A stretch of DNA of 64,000 bases, from positions 72,542 to 136,541 of the forward strand of contig CAZWVT010000001.1 of NCBI GenBank assembly GCA_964636665.1, written 5' to 3'. Position numbers and translations under genes: made by a program. The stretch comes from an uncultured Flavobacteriaceae bacterium. Lineage in GTDB: Bacteria; Bacteroidota; Bacteroidia; Flavobacteriales; Flavobacteriaceae. The notes under the pieces were generated by a model, which made no database searches, was not told where the DNA came from, and saw only the letters and a program-made list of their open reading frames with translations. Shown here piece by piece: positions 38,720-48,665 of the stretch (positions are counted from its first letter, which is position 1; each line of letters starts with the position of its first letter).

Positions 38720-40957
38720 ATGAATAAGAAAAAAAATAATAAAAATAGAACTTCAAAAAAATCAAAAAAAGACTCCTTTGCTATCAAGATTCAGTCAGTT
38801 TTAAAAAATGCGCCACAGCCATTAAATTATAAACAGATTGCAGCAAAACTGGATGTAGATGATGCTGAAAGTAGAAATCAGATTATTAAGAGCATCAAAA
38901 AACTGATTAAAAAAGAATACATCGAAGAAGTTTCAAGAGGAAAATACCAACTTGCAAAAGATTCAAATTATTATACAGGAATTGTAGATATGACTTCCTC
39001 CGGATACGGTTTTGTCATGGTAGATAATCTTGATGAAGATATTTTGATTAAAAATAAAAATCTAAATAGAGCTTTACACAGAGATATTGTTGAAGTTTAT
39101 CTGTACAATCGAAGAAAAGAAGGAAAATTAGAAGGCGTTATAACGCAAATAATCGAACGTACACAGAAAGAATATGTAGGCGTTATCAAGATTTCAGCTC
39201 ATTTTGCATTTGTTGAAACTGAAAGCAGCAAAATGGGAACTGATATTTTTATTCCGATAAACAAAATTGGAACTGCTAAAGACGGAGAAAAAGTCATGGT
39301 AGAAATTGAAGATTGGCCGGAAACTGCAGATTCTCCCACAGGTCGTGTAATAAAAGTTTTTGGGATGCCGGGTGAGCATGCTACAGAAATTCATTCCATC
39401 CTTGCACAATACGGATTGCCGTCAGAATTTCCAAATGAAGTTGAAGAATATGCAAATGAAATAGACACAAAGATTTCAGAAGCGGAAATTCAAAAAAGAA
39501 AAGACATTCGTGATGTTTTGACTTTTACAATTGATCCAAAAGATGCCAAAGATTTTGACGATGCTTTGTCTTTTCAAAAATTAGAAAATGGAAATTTTGA
39601 AATCGGGGTGCATATTGCCGATGTTTCTCATTATGTAAAAGCCGGAACTATTTTGGATGACGAAGCATACGAACGTGCAACTTCAATTTATTTGGTTGAC
39701 CGAGTTGTTCCCATGTTACCGGAAATTTTATCAAATCAAGCGTGCTCATTACGCCCTCATGAAGAAAAATATACCTTTTCCGCCATTTTTGAAATCGATT
39801 CCCAAGCCAATGTTATCAATCAATGGTTTGGAAAAACTGTCACTTTAAGCAATGCGCGATTTTCTTATGAAGAAGCACAACATATAATTGAAGAATATGA
39901 TGGTATTTCTGTTGAAGAGTATTCAACTGTTCAAATTCCCAAAGAAATTTCCATTCAAGATGCTGCTTATGAAGTTTCCAAACCCATTGTAGAAGCTATT
40001 TGCGGTATGAATAATTTGGCACAAAAATTACGTCAAAAACGGATGCGTGCCGGTGCCATTTCATTTGATAAAGTTGAAGTAAAATTTATTCTTGATAAAG
40101 AAAATGAACCTACAGGCGTTTATTTTAAAGAAAGTAAAGATGCCAATAAACTGATAGAAGAATTTATGTTACTTGCAAATCGCAAAGTAGCTGAATTTAT
40201 AGGAAAACAACAACCGAAGAAAACATTTGTTTACCGTGTTCACGACGAACCCGATGATGAAAAATTAGCTGCATTGCAAAAAATTATAAGCCGTTTTGGA
40301 TATAAGATAAATACAAAAAGTGCACAATCAACGGCAAATTCACTCAACAAACTTTTAAAAGACGTCGAAGGTAAAAAAGAGCAAAATCTCATTGACACTT
40401 TAACGATTCGCAGTATGAGTAAAGCTTTTTATACGACTTTCAATATCGGGCATTACGGTTTGGCTTTTGATTTTTACAGTCATTTTACCTCTCCCATTCG
40501 TCGTTATCCCGATATTATAGCACACCGACTTCTTTTTCACTATCTTGAAAACGGAAATTCGCCTTCCGAAGAAGCGTACGAAGAAAAATGCGCACACAGT
40601 AGCGAAATGGAAAATTTAGCGGTCAATGCAGAACGCGACAGTATCAAATATATGCAAGTAAAATATATGATGCATCAACGTGACACAGAATTTTTAGGCG
40701 TAATTTCGGGCGTTACAGAATGGGGAATTTATATAGAAATTATTTCCAATAAATGTGAAGGAATGGTACGTTTGCAAGATTTAAAAGATGACAGATATAT
40801 TTTTGATGCCGATGATTTTGCTGTTTTCGGCCAACGTACCGGAAATGTATATCAATTGGGAGATGAAGTTTACGTCAAAGTAAAAAATGCAGATTTAGTA
40901 AAGAAACATCTTGATTTTTATTTAATAGGACATCGGGAAATGAATGAAAACAATTAG
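38720..40957 (+). CDS. rnr: Ribonuclease R
   Basis: Basic N-terminus, cold-shock/OB region, RNB catalytic domain (DPKDAKDFDDALS, HYGL...YSHFTSPIRRYPD) and C-terminal S1 domain; 745 aa. Confidence 0.9.
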   Translation: MNKKKNNKNRTSKKSKKDSFAIKIQSVLKNAPQPLNYKQIAAKLDVDDAESRNQIIKSIKKLIKKEYIEEVSRGKYQLAKDSNYYTGIVDMTSSGYGFVMVDNLDEDILIKNKNLNRALHRDIVEVYLYNRRKEGKLEGVITQIIERTQKEYVGVIKISAHFAFVETESSKMGTDIFIPINKIGTAKDGEKVMVEIEDWPETADSPTGRVIKVFGMPGEHATEIHSILAQYGLPSEFPNEVEEYANEIDTKISEAEIQKRKDIRDVLTFTIDPKDAKDFDDALSFQKLENGNFEIGVHIADVSHYVKAGTILDDEAYERATSIYLVDRVVPMLPEILSNQACSLRPHEEKYTFSAIFEIDSQANVINQWFGKTVTLSNARFSYEEAQHIIEEYDGISVEEYSTVQIPKEISIQDAAYEVSKPIVEAICGMNNLAQKLRQKRMRAGAISFDKVEVKFILDKENEPTGVYFKESKDANKLIEEFMLLANRKVAEFIGKQQPKKTFVYRVHDEPDDEKLAALQKIISRFGYKINTKSAQSTANSLNKLLKDVEGKKEQNLIDTLTIRSMSKAFYTTFNIGHYGLAFDFYSHFTSPIRRYPDIIAHRLLFHYLENGNSPSEEAYEEKCAHSSEMENLAVNAERDSIKYMQVKYMMHQRDTEFLGVISGVTEWGIYIEIISNKCEGMVRLQDLKDDRYIFDADDFAVFGQRTGNVYQLGDEVYVKVKNADLVKKHLDFYLIGHREMNENN

Positions 40958-40996
40958 TTACTAAATTCGCTATTTTTCCCTTTTTAAATTTTGTTG

Positions 40997-41716
40997 ATGA
41001 ATGCTATGACAGATGGTCTGATATATGCCGTTTTATATGGTTTTTTACTTTCTTTTGCGGTAGGTCCTGTTTTTTTTACATTAATAGAAACAGCAATTTC
41101 AAAAGGAATAAGGGCAGCTATTTTTTTTGATTTAGGAGCTATTTCCGCGGATATCGTATTTATTATCATCGCCTTTTACAGTACGAATAAAATATTAGAA
41201 AAATTACAACACGATCCGGCATTGTTGATTTTTGGAGGCATTGTTCTCATAGCTTACGGAGTTATTACCTATATCAGGATAAACAATTCCATTTTTAAAA
41301 TCATGCGGGAATATTATACAAAAGCAGTAAAAGGAAAATTCAGAAATCTTTTTTTTAAGGGTTTTTTTCTAAATTTCGTGAATTTCGGTGTATTAATCGG
41401 ATGGATTGCCACACTTGTAATGGCAAATGCCCTTACTACAACTGATTCCGGTGTTTTTTGGTTTTTAGCCACAGTATTGATAACTTTTTTTTCGACCGAT
41501 CTTTTAAAAATCACACTTGCCAAACGCGTCATGCGAAGATTGTCGGGAAGATTAATATTTAAAACAAAGCAGTGGGTAAGTATTCTTATAGTGATTTTCG
41601 GAATTTTTTTATTGATTCAAGGAATTTTTCCTCAAGGATTAGAAGCCGGACTGGATACAATTCCCGGACAACCACATCCGTTGGATAAACCAATTCCACC
41701 AGTTATAAAAGAATAA
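40997..41716 (+). CDS. LysE-family translocator-like membrane protein
   Basis: Six hydrophobic helices with a LysE-like N-terminus (GFLLSFAVGPVFFTLIETA). I prefer the ATG at 40997 to the TTG at 40991. Confidence 0.65.
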   Translation: MNAMTDGLIYAVLYGFLLSFAVGPVFFTLIETAISKGIRAAIFFDLGAISADIVFIIIAFYSTNKILEKLQHDPALLIFGGIVLIAYGVITYIRINNSIFKIMREYYTKAVKGKFRNLFFKGFFLNFVNFGVLIGWIATLVMANALTTTDSGVFWFLATVLITFFSTDLLKITLAKRVMRRLSGRLIFKTKQWVSILIVIFGIFLLIQGIFPQGLEAGLDTIPGQPHPLDKPIPPVIKE

Positions 41717-41751
41717 AAAAACCTCCAAAAAAAATATTTTGAAGGTTTTCG

Positions 41752-41822
41752 AGGCATCGAGCGGATTCGAACCGCTGTAGAAGGTTTTGCAGACCTCTGC
41801 CTAGCCACTCGGCCACGATGCC
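41752..41822 (-). tRNA. tRNA-Cys (anticodon GCA)
   Basis: The reverse complement is GGCAUCGUGGCCGAGUGGCUAGGCAGAGGUCUGCAAAACCUUCUACAGCGGUUCGAAUCCGCUCGAUGCCU. It has the anticodon loop CUGCAAA and the U73 discriminator characteristic of tRNA-Cys. Confidence 0.9.
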
Positions 41823-41900
41823 GTATTTGAAAGAAAGTTTTCTAAAAAACGATTGCAAATATAGAAACTTATACAAGAATCGGCAACACACTTTTAAAAA

Positions 41901-42257
41901 TTATCTTTTACCTTTCATAATAACGCACACTTCCGATACGTCTCCACCAATGGGCGGATTTTTTTTAGCAATGGAAACTTTAACTTTTTTTACAAGTTCC
42001 AATTCTGATAAAACTGAATCTATAATGCGTTTTGCCACATTTTCCAACAGCTTGGATCTAATTGACATTTCTTTTTTTACGATGGATTTAAGATGAACAT
42101 AATCAATCGTATCTGTCAATAAATCAGTTTTTGAAGCGTATGTAAGATTTGAATAAACCGTTAAATCAACAAGATAATCGGAGCCGATAACTCCTTCTTC
42201 ATCCAAGCACCCGTGATATGCATAAACACGGATTTTTTTTAGCTTAATTTTGTCCAA
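41901..42257 (-). CDS. folB: Dihydroneopterin aldolase
   Basis: 118 aa with FolB-like pattern (IKLKKIRVYAYHGCLDEE...G..Y.VDL...DYV). Confidence 0.85.
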   Translation of the reverse strand: MDKIKLKKIRVYAYHGCLDEEGVIGSDYLVDLTVYSNLTYASKTDLLTDTIDYVHLKSIVKKEMSIRSKLLENVAKRIIDSVLSELELVKKVKVSIAKKNPPIGGDVSEVCVIMKGKR

Positions 42258-42322
42258 TTTTCTCTCTAAAATAGATGTTCAAAACTACAATAAAAGTGCG
42301 TATTTTTATCAGTCTTTTTTTG

Positions 42323-42330
42323 TAAATTTG
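42323..42330 (+). promoter_or_regulatory. -7 promoter box TAAATTTG upstream of glnS
   Basis: Exact TAnnTTTG, 17 nt upstream of the ATG at 42348. Confidence 0.45.
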
Positions 42331-42347
42331 CGCCATCATTTTTTGTT

Positions 42348-44027
42348 ATGGCAAAAGAAGTAGCATCTCTCAACTTTTTAGAGCATATCATCGAAGAAGA
42401 TTTACAAAGCAACTATAAATTATCCGATTTATGCTTTCGATTTCCACCTGAACCAAATGGATATTTACACATCGGTCATGCCACTTCTATCTGTCTGAAT
42501 TTCGGATTCGGATTAAAATACAATGCACCGGTCAATCTTCGTTTTGACGATACCAATCCCATTAAAGAAGAACAAGAATTTGTCGATGCCATCAAACGCG
42601 ATGTTGAATGGCTTGGATTTAAATGGGCAAAAGAATGCTATGCTTCTGATTATTTCCAACAACTTTACGATTGGGCAGTTCAGCTTATTAAAGATGGAAA
42701 AGCGTATGTAGATTCGCAATCTTCAGAAGAAATTGCACAACAAAAAGGAACTCCTCAAGTTCCCGGGACGAACAGTCCGTTTCGAAACCGTTCGGTTGAA
42801 GAAAATTTGGAGCTGTTTGAAAAAATGAAAAATGGAGAAACTCCGGAAGGACAACATGTGCTACGTGCAAAAATTGATATGGCATCACCGAATATGCTGA
42901 TGCGGGATCCGGTAATGTACCGCGTACTCCACAAACCTCATCACAGAACAGGGACAGACTGGAAAATTTATCCAATGTACGATTGGGCGCATGGCGAAAG
43001 TGATTATATAGAACAGATTTCTCATTCTTTTTGTACGTTGGAATTTTTACCACATCGCGAATTATACGATTGGTTTTTAGATCAGATTTACGATACTGCC
43101 AAATTAAGACCTAAGCAACGTGAATTTGCACGTCGAAATTTAAGTCATACGGTTGTGAGCAAAAGAAGATTGGCACAATTGGTAAGCAATGGAATCGTTT
43201 CAAGTTGGGACGACCCCCGAATGCCGACTATTGCAGGATTGAGACGCCGTGGATACACTCCGGAATCCATCCGAAATTTTGCTGACAGCATAGGCGTAGG
43301 AAAAAGAGAAAATCTCATCGATGTTTCTCACTTAGAATTTCATATCCGTGAAGATTTAAATAAGAAAGTACCTCGAATCATGGTTGTTTTAGATCCTATA
43401 AAAATTGTCATCGAAAATTATCCGGAAAATAAAGTAGAATGGTTGGAAGCCGAAAATAATCCCGAAGACGATGCAATGGGTACTCGAAAAGTTCCGTTCT
43501 CCCGAGAACTTTATATTGAACGTGAAGACTTTAAAGAAGAAGCAAATCGTAAATTTTTCCGTTTGACCATCGGTAAAGAAGTGCGATTAAAAAATGCTTA
43601 TATCATTAAAGCCCATAATGTAATTAAAGACGAAGAAGGAAATATCATAGAAATACGTTGTACTTACGATGAAGAAAGCAGAAGCGGAAGCGGAACTGAA
43701 GCATCAATGCGCAAGGTAAAAGGAACGCTTCATTGGGTTTCAATTCCTCATGCAATCGAAACAGAAGTTCGACTTTATGACAGACTTTTTGTCGAAGCTG
43801 CTCCTGATGCTCAAAAAGAAAAAGATTTCTTAGAGTTTCTCAATCCGGATTCTTTAAAAATTATTACAGGTTACGCTGAACCAAGTATTGAAAGAGTAGA
43901 AGCTGAAGATAAATTTCAGTTTCAACGTTTGGGTTATTTTACTGTTGATAAAGACACCACAGATTCTAAGATTGTTTTTAATCGTACAGTGCCGTTACGT
44001 GATTCTTGGGAGAAAATAGAATCATAA
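42348..44027 (+). CDS. glnS: Glutamine--tRNA ligase
   Basis: Class I motifs HIGHA and VVSKR (the GlnRS form of KMSKS) and a GlnRS-type C-terminal anticodon-binding domain; 559 aa. Confidence 0.95.
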   Translation: MAKEVASLNFLEHIIEEDLQSNYKLSDLCFRFPPEPNGYLHIGHATSICLNFGFGLKYNAPVNLRFDDTNPIKEEQEFVDAIKRDVEWLGFKWAKECYASDYFQQLYDWAVQLIKDGKAYVDSQSSEEIAQQKGTPQVPGTNSPFRNRSVEENLELFEKMKNGETPEGQHVLRAKIDMASPNMLMRDPVMYRVLHKPHHRTGTDWKIYPMYDWAHGESDYIEQISHSFCTLEFLPHRELYDWFLDQIYDTAKLRPKQREFARRNLSHTVVSKRRLAQLVSNGIVSSWDDPRMPTIAGLRRRGYTPESIRNFADSIGVGKRENLIDVSHLEFHIREDLNKKVPRIMVVLDPIKIVIENYPENKVEWLEAENNPEDDAMGTRKVPFSRELYIEREDFKEEANRKFFRLTIGKEVRLKNAYIIKAHNVIKDEEGNIIEIRCTYDEESRSGSGTEASMRKVKGTLHWVSIPHAIETEVRLYDRLFVEAAPDAQKEKDFLEFLNPDSLKIITGYAEPSIERVEAEDKFQFQRLGYFTVDKDTTDSKIVFNRTVPLRDSWEKIES

Positions 44028-44153
44028 CTTATCCTTAACCAATTAGAAATTTCTATTCTATTCTTTTGCGGACAGTGAGTTCTTTGAAAGAAACAGATTC
44101 CCTGTATCTAAACCCACTCTAAATCTTATAGAAATTTTTAAACCTTTATTAAT

Positions 44154-46784
44154 ATGCGTAAACTATTATTATTGTTCATTGTTATGCTGAGTACTGCAAC
44201 TTATGCTCAACACACAATCAAAGGAGTTGTAGTCGATTCCGAGACTGACATTCCTTTAGCAGGTGCAAATGTTGTAGAAAATGGAACCTCAAATGGTGCC
44301 ATAACTGATTTTGACGGAAATTTTACACTTTCTACATCTTCAACTTCGGGAACTTTAACGGTCTCTTATATTGGTTATACAAATGAAAGTGTTTCGTTTT
44401 CCAATATTTCGGGAACAACAGAATTAAAAACAATTAAATTACTTCCTGATGCTGATGCTTTGGGAGAAGTAGTGTTGGTAGGTCGTGGAATCATTGATTT
44501 GGCTTCAGATCGTCAGACACCAATTGCCGTATCTTCAATTAGTGCCGTAGAAATCCAAACAAAGGGAATCGGTAATGTGGAATTTCCTGAAATCATGAAA
44601 AGCACGCCGAGCGTGTATGTTTCCAATCAAGCGGGAGGATTTGGAGATTCTCAAATGTTTTTGCGAGGATTTGACCAAACAAATACTGCATTTCTATTGA
44701 ATGGACAACCAATCAACGGAATGGAAGACGGAAGAATTTACTGGTCAAACTGGTCTGGAATGTCCGATGTTGCCAATGCAGTTCAAGTACAACGCGGACT
44801 GGGTTCTTCTAAATTGGCAATTTCATCAGTAGGAGGAACAGTAAATATCGTTTCGCGCGTTGCCGATAAAAGAGAAGGCGGTTTTGTAAGATTTATGGGC
44901 GGAAACGACAGTTACTTGAAAGGAACAGTCAGCTATAATTCCGGAATGCAAGGAAAATGGGCATATTCATTTCTTTTTGACCATTGGCAAGGACACCGTA
45001 AATTTGCTGAAGGAACGGCAGGACAAGGACAAAACTACTTTGTCGGAATCGGATATGTACCGAACGATAACCACTCATTTAATTTCTTATTAACGGGAGC
45101 TCCACAATTTCACGACCAAAATTTTTCAAAAAGACTTGAAGTTTACGAAGAATATGGAAAATTGTACAACGACAATTCAGGTTTTAAAGATGGTGAACGC
45201 TACACTTTTCGAAGAAATTATTACCATAAACCGATTGCAAACTTAAACTGGGATTGGGATATTGACGAAAAGAGTTCTCTATCTTCTGTTTTATATGCTT
45301 CGTGGGGTCGGGGAGGAGGAACCGGACCTGCAGGAAGTTCGCGAAATATCGTGAGAGATGAATTTGGAAATATTGATTTTGATGCAATTGTTCAAAATAA
45401 CATTCAAGGTGCAGACAATGGTATCGGAAGTTATGATGCTGGATCTATGGTGAGAAGAATGTCTGTAAACAATCACAATTGGTATGGTTTTTTGACAAAT
45501 TATGAAAATGAAATAAATGAAAATTTCAATTTCAATGTTGGAGTTGATACTCGGTTTTACAGCGGAAACCATTGGTATCAGTTGAATGATTTATTGGGAT
45601 TAAACGGTTATGCAGACAATTTTGGATATGGCGGAATGAGACCTGCCGATTATGTTATTTCCGAAACTTTTGAAGCCAATCCTTGGGCTGCACTTTTTAA
45701 TTCTGCCAGTGAAGGACAACGATTTAATTACGATTATACCGAATACATCAATTATATAGGAGCTTTTGGACAAGCAGAATATAAAACCGAGAAATTTTCT
45801 GCATTTATTCAAGGTGCAGTAAGCACGCAAAGTTATCAGAGAGAAGGACGTGCCATTGGAACTGAAATTGAAGGTGTAAACGGACTTGGAAAATCTGAAA
45901 AAGTGAATAAAACAGGATACAATCTCAAAGGAGGATTGGGTTATACGTTTATGGAAGGAAACACCATTTTTGCAAATGTGGGACAATATTCCAGACAACC
46001 TTATTTGGACAACATCTTTGAAGACATCCGAAATTCAAATTACATCATTTCCGGGGACAGAGAGGTTGACAATGAAGAAATAACAGGAATAGAAGCCGGT
46101 TACAGAATCCGTTCGGGAAATGTCAGTTTGGATTTAAACGGATATTATACCAAATGGGGAAATCGATTTGTTTATAACTTTATTCCCGGCGATCCCGACA
46201 GTTCAAACCCGAATCAACAAATAGACAGAGTTCAAAGATTTACGGGCGTTACGCAAGTTCACAAAGGATTCGAATTTGAAGGAAGATACCGTTATTCTTC
46301 AGTGTTTATGCTAAGAGCTTTCGGAAGTATCGGAAATTGGAAATACGACGGAACTACGCCTTATCAGACACGTTCTGAAGAAACCAATCAAACATTGGAT
46401 GAAGGAACGCTGGATTTGACGGGAACCAAAGTTGGAAACGCTGCACAAACTTCTTTTGGATTTGGATTTAAATATGAAATCATCGATGGATTAAGCCTCG
46501 ATGCCGATTATAATATTTATACCGATTTATATGGTTTTGTGGATACGCGCGAAGTCATCAATGCTGCATTAAGAGGTGAAGTTTATCAAGCAGAAAGATT
46601 GTCGGCTTTTACATTACTTGACGCCGGACTTTCCTATAAATTTAATTTCGGAGGAAACAATGTAACTTTTAGAGCCAATGTTCACAATCTGGCAAATGAA
46701 AGTTATTTGAGCCAAAAAGATTCTTACGGTTATTACTGGGGGAACGGAAGAACGTGGAATGCAAGCCTGCGCTATGACTTCTAA
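44154..46784 (+). CDS. TonB-dependent receptor with carboxypeptidase-regulatory-like N-terminal domain
   Basis: Signal peptide, CarboxypepD_reg-like segment (IKGVVVDSETDIPLAGANV...DFDGNFTL), plug domain, long beta-barrel and terminal aromatic residue (RYDF); 876 aa. No SusD-like partner. Confidence 0.85.
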   Translation: MRKLLLLFIVMLSTATYAQHTIKGVVVDSETDIPLAGANVVENGTSNGAITDFDGNFTLSTSSTSGTLTVSYIGYTNESVSFSNISGTTELKTIKLLPDADALGEVVLVGRGIIDLASDRQTPIAVSSISAVEIQTKGIGNVEFPEIMKSTPSVYVSNQAGGFGDSQMFLRGFDQTNTAFLLNGQPINGMEDGRIYWSNWSGMSDVANAVQVQRGLGSSKLAISSVGGTVNIVSRVADKREGGFVRFMGGNDSYLKGTVSYNSGMQGKWAYSFLFDHWQGHRKFAEGTAGQGQNYFVGIGYVPNDNHSFNFLLTGAPQFHDQNFSKRLEVYEEYGKLYNDNSGFKDGERYTFRRNYYHKPIANLNWDWDIDEKSSLSSVLYASWGRGGGTGPAGSSRNIVRDEFGNIDFDAIVQNNIQGADNGIGSYDAGSMVRRMSVNNHNWYGFLTNYENEINENFNFNVGVDTRFYSGNHWYQLNDLLGLNGYADNFGYGGMRPADYVISETFEANPWAALFNSASEGQRFNYDYTEYINYIGAFGQAEYKTEKFSAFIQGAVSTQSYQREGRAIGTEIEGVNGLGKSEKVNKTGYNLKGGLGYTFMEGNTIFANVGQYSRQPYLDNIFEDIRNSNYIISGDREVDNEEITGIEAGYRIRSGNVSLDLNGYYTKWGNRFVYNFIPGDPDSSNPNQQIDRVQRFTGVTQVHKGFEFEGRYRYSSVFMLRAFGSIGNWKYDGTTPYQTRSEETNQTLDEGTLDLTGTKVGNAAQTSFGFGFKYEIIDGLSLDADYNIYTDLYGFVDTREVINAALRGEVYQAERLSAFTLLDAGLSYKFNFGGNNVTFRANVHNLANESYLSQKDSYGYYWGNGRTWNASLRYDF

Positions 46785-46823
46785 CGGATTCATTTTATCG
46801 TAACTAACTAATCAAATCAAAAA

Positions 46824-46850
46824 GCTGCCTCAACATTGGGGCAGTTTTTT
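46824..46850 (+). terminator. Rho-independent terminator after the TonB-dependent receptor gene
   Basis: Short stem gctgcc / ggcag(t) followed by TTTTTT. Confidence 0.5.
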
Positions 46851-46942
46851 GATTATCAGTTTCTTTTCCGATTCATAAAGTTTATTTAAGGAATGAACCA
46901 TCTCCATGGAATAGCTTTACCTTTATTATTTCAATCAGTGAT

Positions 46943-47797
46943 ATGGCTGAGGTAATTACAAATCAAGATACATTAAAAGAGTACGGAAGAGGAATTGCAG
47001 GCGGTTTGCTCTTTAGTCTTCCGATGCTTTATACGCTCGAATTTTGGCAAGCCGGATTCATCTTTAAACCGTATCAATTATTGATTTATTTAATCATTAG
47101 TTTTCTTTTGTTATATGCCTATAATAAATATGCAGGCTTTAACCGCGAAGACAGTTTTAAGGAAAATATCCTGGAATCGTTTGAAGAAATGGGAATGGCT
47201 TTTCTACTTGCTACGTTCATTTTATTTATTACCGGACGTATTCATGGCGATTTATCTTTATATGAAATTCAAGGTAAAATTATAATTCAGGCTGTAAACG
47301 TGGCAATCGGAATATCCATAGGAAAAAAGCAACTCGCTTTGCCTGATGATGATTCTGAAAAAGCAGCTGAAAAAGAAGAAAAAACTTCCGCCTCAAACGG
47401 CTATTTTCTACAATCTGTAAACTTAGCTTTATGCGGTGCAATCCTTATCGTTTCAAATATTGCTCCCACGGATGAAGTACCAATCATCGCATTTGAAACC
47501 AAACCTTTTAAAATCCTTTTGATTTTTCTATTCTCAATCGGTCTTGGTGCAGCAATTTTAAATTACATCAATTTTAGAGGTTCAAAGAAAAGCAGTGAGC
47601 GTAAAAGTTCGATTAAAGAAATCATATTCGGAACGGCGATTATGTATTCCTTGGCTCTTTCGGTTTCTTTTTTTATGCTCTGGATTTTTAATCGGTTTGA
47701 CGGCGTTTCGATTTATGGAATTATTGCACAGGTTGTAGTATTGGCACTTCCTGCGAGTTTGGGCGCTTCAGCCGGTCGATTTTTAATAAAAGATTAA
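46943..47797 (+). CDS. Multi-pass integral membrane protein (DUF2391/TIGR02587-like by recall)
   Basis: At least six hydrophobic helices with an acidic loop (DDDSEKAAEKEEK) between two halves. The N-terminal YGRGIAGGLLFSLPMLYTLEFW resembles that family. Not verified by search. Confidence 0.55.
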   Translation: MAEVITNQDTLKEYGRGIAGGLLFSLPMLYTLEFWQAGFIFKPYQLLIYLIISFLLLYAYNKYAGFNREDSFKENILESFEEMGMAFLLATFILFITGRIHGDLSLYEIQGKIIIQAVNVAIGISIGKKQLALPDDDSEKAAEKEEKTSASNGYFLQSVNLALCGAILIVSNIAPTDEVPIIAFETKPFKILLIFLFSIGLGAAILNYINFRGSKKSSERKSSIKEIIFGTAIMYSLALSVSFFMLWIFNRFDGVSIYGIIAQVVVLALPASLGASAGRFLIKD

Positions 47798-47807
47798 AAT
47801 CGTATGT

Positions 47808-48170
47808 ATGGAAAAGCGAAGTAAACTTGAAATTGTGGTTACCATTATCTCTGTAATAATGGTGACGTTTGTATGCGTTTTTTTGATTTATCAAATCATT
47901 ACGGAAAAATCATCTCCTCCGGATTTGATAGTTACCTTGGGAGTGCCTGAAGCAGCAAGTCAGAATTACCGGATTCCGGTTTTGGTTAAAAATAAAGGAA
48001 ATACCACTGCCAAAATGGTAAAAGTAAAAATTTCCATATCAGATGAATTTGGGGTTTTGGAATTTGATTATATCCCTGCAGGCTCAGAAGTAACCGGATG
48101 GATAAGTTTTGATGAAAAGCCGAACAAATCTAAATTAAAAGCTATGATTATCGGATATGGCTCATCATAA
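47808..48170 (+). CDS. Single-pass membrane protein with beta-sandwich-like ectodomain (TIGR02588-like partner by recall)
   Basis: N-terminal TM (IVVTIISVIMVTFVCVFLIY) followed by a V.V.N.G...A-type pattern (IPVLVKNKGNTTAKMVKVKISI). Lies 10 nt after the upstream gene. Confidence 0.5.
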   Translation: MEKRSKLEIVVTIISVIMVTFVCVFLIYQIITEKSSPPDLIVTLGVPEAASQNYRIPVLVKNKGNTTAKMVKVKISISDEFGVLEFDYIPAGSEVTGWISFDEKPNKSKLKAMIIGYGSS

Positions 48171-48250
48171 AAAATCGGAGGTTATTTGATATTCTCTAAA
48201 TTCGTTATAGAATTAACCGACTGTTAACAATAAACCTAAGTCCATTAAAT

Positions 48251-48258
48251 TATCTTTG
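48251..48258 (+). promoter_or_regulatory. -7 promoter box TATCTTTG upstream of the YtxH-like gene cluster
   Basis: Exact TAnnTTTG, 30 nt upstream of the ATG at 48289. Confidence 0.45.
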
Positions 48259-48288
48259 ATTTATTAACTAATTTTAAATCTGAACAAC

Positions 48289-48654
48289 ATGAATTCAAAC
48301 ACCGGACAAACAATATTGGCATTATTAACAGGTGCAGTTATTGGTGCAGGAATCGGAATTTTATTCGCTCCATACAAAGGTTCTGAAACCCGTGAAAAAA
48401 TTGGGAAAGGAGCAAAAAGTGCACAAAAGAACATAAAAAAAAAGGTAAGTGATGCTTCTTCAGTTTTAGGAGAGAAAGCAAAAGTCGCCAAAGAAAGTTT
48501 TGAAGAACGATTAAACGAAACTCTTTATGCTGCAAGCAGCAAAGCCGATGAAGTTTTATTGGCGATGGAAGAAAAATTGGAAGAATTGAGAAAGAAAAAT
48601 TCACATTGGCAGCAACGAAAAACTGAAACAGAAAGCACAACAGAAGCTAAATAA
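48289..48654 (+). CDS. YtxH-domain protein
   Basis: N-terminal hydrophobic GxxxG helix (LLTGAVIGAGIGILFAPYKGSETREKI) followed by a long charged helical region, the typical YtxH layout. Confidence 0.7.
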   Translation: MNSNTGQTILALLTGAVIGAGIGILFAPYKGSETREKIGKGAKSAQKNIKKKVSDASSVLGEKAKVAKESFEERLNETLYAASSKADEVLLAMEEKLEELRKKNSHWQQRKTETESTTEAK

Positions 48655-48665
48655 ACGCAAAACAC

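Noticed and set aside
41716-41751. A possible terminator hairpin (aaacctcc ... gaaggttt) between the LysE-like gene and tRNA-Cys.
   Set aside because: The stem has an internal mismatch and is mostly A-U pairs. It is too weak to call from sequence alone.
44028-44153. A possible riboswitch (for example cobalamin) in the 126-nt leader of the orphan TonB-dependent receptor gene.
   Set aside because: The leader is too short, and I could find no conserved riboswitch core sequences or convincing multi-stem structure by eye.
45184-45998. Several 67-132-aa antisense ORFs inside the 876-aa TonB-dependent receptor gene. Similar ones occur inside marC (56369-56761), the lipoprotein gene (52152-52436, 52992-53282), the ytxH-like gene (48264-48640) and other long genes.
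   Set aside because: All are fully nested in strongly supported genes on the opposite strand or in another frame. Their sequences are low-complexity and motif-free. I treat them as shadow ORFs.
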